Part shown: positions 62,842 through 64,000 of the stretch, in pieces
How the letters are laid out: each line of letters starts with the position of its first letter
Numbering within the stretch: the first letter of the stretch is position 1
Assembly: GCA_051294375.1 (NCBI GenBank)
Contig: CM119264.1
Coordinates: forward strand, 13,102,813 to 13,166,812
Source: Paraspadella gotoi
Lineage: Eukaryota > Animalia > Chaetognatha
Direction of reading: 5' to 3'
Length of the DNA: 64,000 bases
Notes under the pieces: generated by a model
The model's database searches: none
What the model was told of the DNA's origin: nothing
The model's input: only the letters and a program-made list of their open reading frames with translations
Translations under genes and position numbers: made by a program

Positions 62842-63611
62842 GAGGCAGTTGGAAAAGCTGAAGGACAAGCGACGAGAAAAGATAAAGAAATAACCCTGAC
62901 GGACTGACTTCTTAAAAACATCAAAGAAGAATATTTAACTATCGAAATCGTCAATTACTGACTAAAACGACTTCTTCCTCGATACTTTATAGATCTTTTC
63001 ACGTCTTTTTTCCATCTTATGTACAAAATTTGACTTCATTGCAAACCAAAGCGGTTTGTTTGAATTTTTGACTTTGTGTTGTATATTTCTTTTTTGACTA
63101 AAAAATTATCGTTCAAGTTTTAAAATATGCCACCTTGTATATTTCCGCAAAACTCTTGAAGCCGTGCAGCTTGATCACCACTCGGTACGCTTTAAAAAAT
63201 AAGTATTTACCATGTGATGACAAAGTTGGAAAAAAAGAGACTAGCCAAGCTAGAATTTGCTAAAAAAAAAAATCAAGAAGTTCCCGTCTAATATTTGATG
63301 TCGTATATTTTACTTGTGCGTGTTTCGTGCTATAACTCTTCACACAAGCTGGTATTGGCTTCAAGGCAAAATTTTTTTCCTAACTACATCAATGCGGTTT
63401 TAAATTAGATCAGCTAACGTTGTGTCCGCAGCCGCCAGAGTCTCTGCCAATCGATTTTTAACCGACAATGGCTTCTCTTCTACTAGACACTTTCCCCTCC
63501 CGCTCCCCATTGCGTCGTCGGAGTCGTCAATGTGCCCCATCTTTCGTCTCCAACGAACGAATGTCATAACCACGAGAAACGGGAGAGGGAGACATTTGAA
63601 ACCAGATGGGA

Positions 63612-63662
<51 letters not shown>

Positions 63663-64000
63663 GAAAAGGTAAATACGTTTCGTCGTTATCAGTAATTCAA
63701 TACGAAATTCAAAGTCTGCATTTTGTCTTTGAAAAAAAAATTAATGAAGAATGGATATCTTTTTAGAATAATAGTAAAAGGCACTTCTTTCAGCTTGTTA
63801 TTCTGTTGTGAGCGCTGTGGAAAACTCTCTGGAATTCTATAAAATCCTGAGAGTAAGGGCTTTGCTCAAAGTGGGCATGCGTGCAAATAAAGAATCGATT
63901 ATTCTACTGGAAGTTGACATAGTCCAACGAATGAAATGCATCGTTTCAATTGAATTGTTCGTGTTCCTTCCATATTGACGCAAAGGCCTTCGTATCAATC

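Overview
Eukaryotic (invertebrate animal) genomic DNA from a draft assembly: AT-rich, with six N-gaps, many (AG/CT)n and (GAC/GTC)n microsatellites, and several noisy or duplicated segments. Most ORFs in the supplied track are microsatellite translations. I could rebuild three spliced genes by hand: (1) a two-exon GPI-type ephrin (- strand, 3388-4536); (2) a five-exon class I SAM-dependent methyltransferase resembling juvenile hormone acid O-methyltransferase (JHAMT) (- strand, 27975-29544, 329 aa, all phases consistent); (3) a six-exon secreted aerolysin-superfamily (ETX/MTX2, hydralysin/parasporin-like) beta-pore-forming toxin gene (+ strand, 38533-46574) that the ORF track shows only in pieces. 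Head-to-head with the methyltransferase is a frameshifted Asp-rich ORF with a signal-peptide-like start and three FV-G-KR cassettes, a candidate FVamide neuropeptide precursor. Mobile DNA includes two ~2.9 kb non-autonomous Helentron-like (HINE/DINE-1-like) copies, one in a toxin intron with an apparent empty allele nearby; a ~350 bp HINE family with one copy split by a micro-inversion; several MITEs; a tRNA-derived SINE; and a LINE relic. All family assignments come from motif recognition, not database searches.
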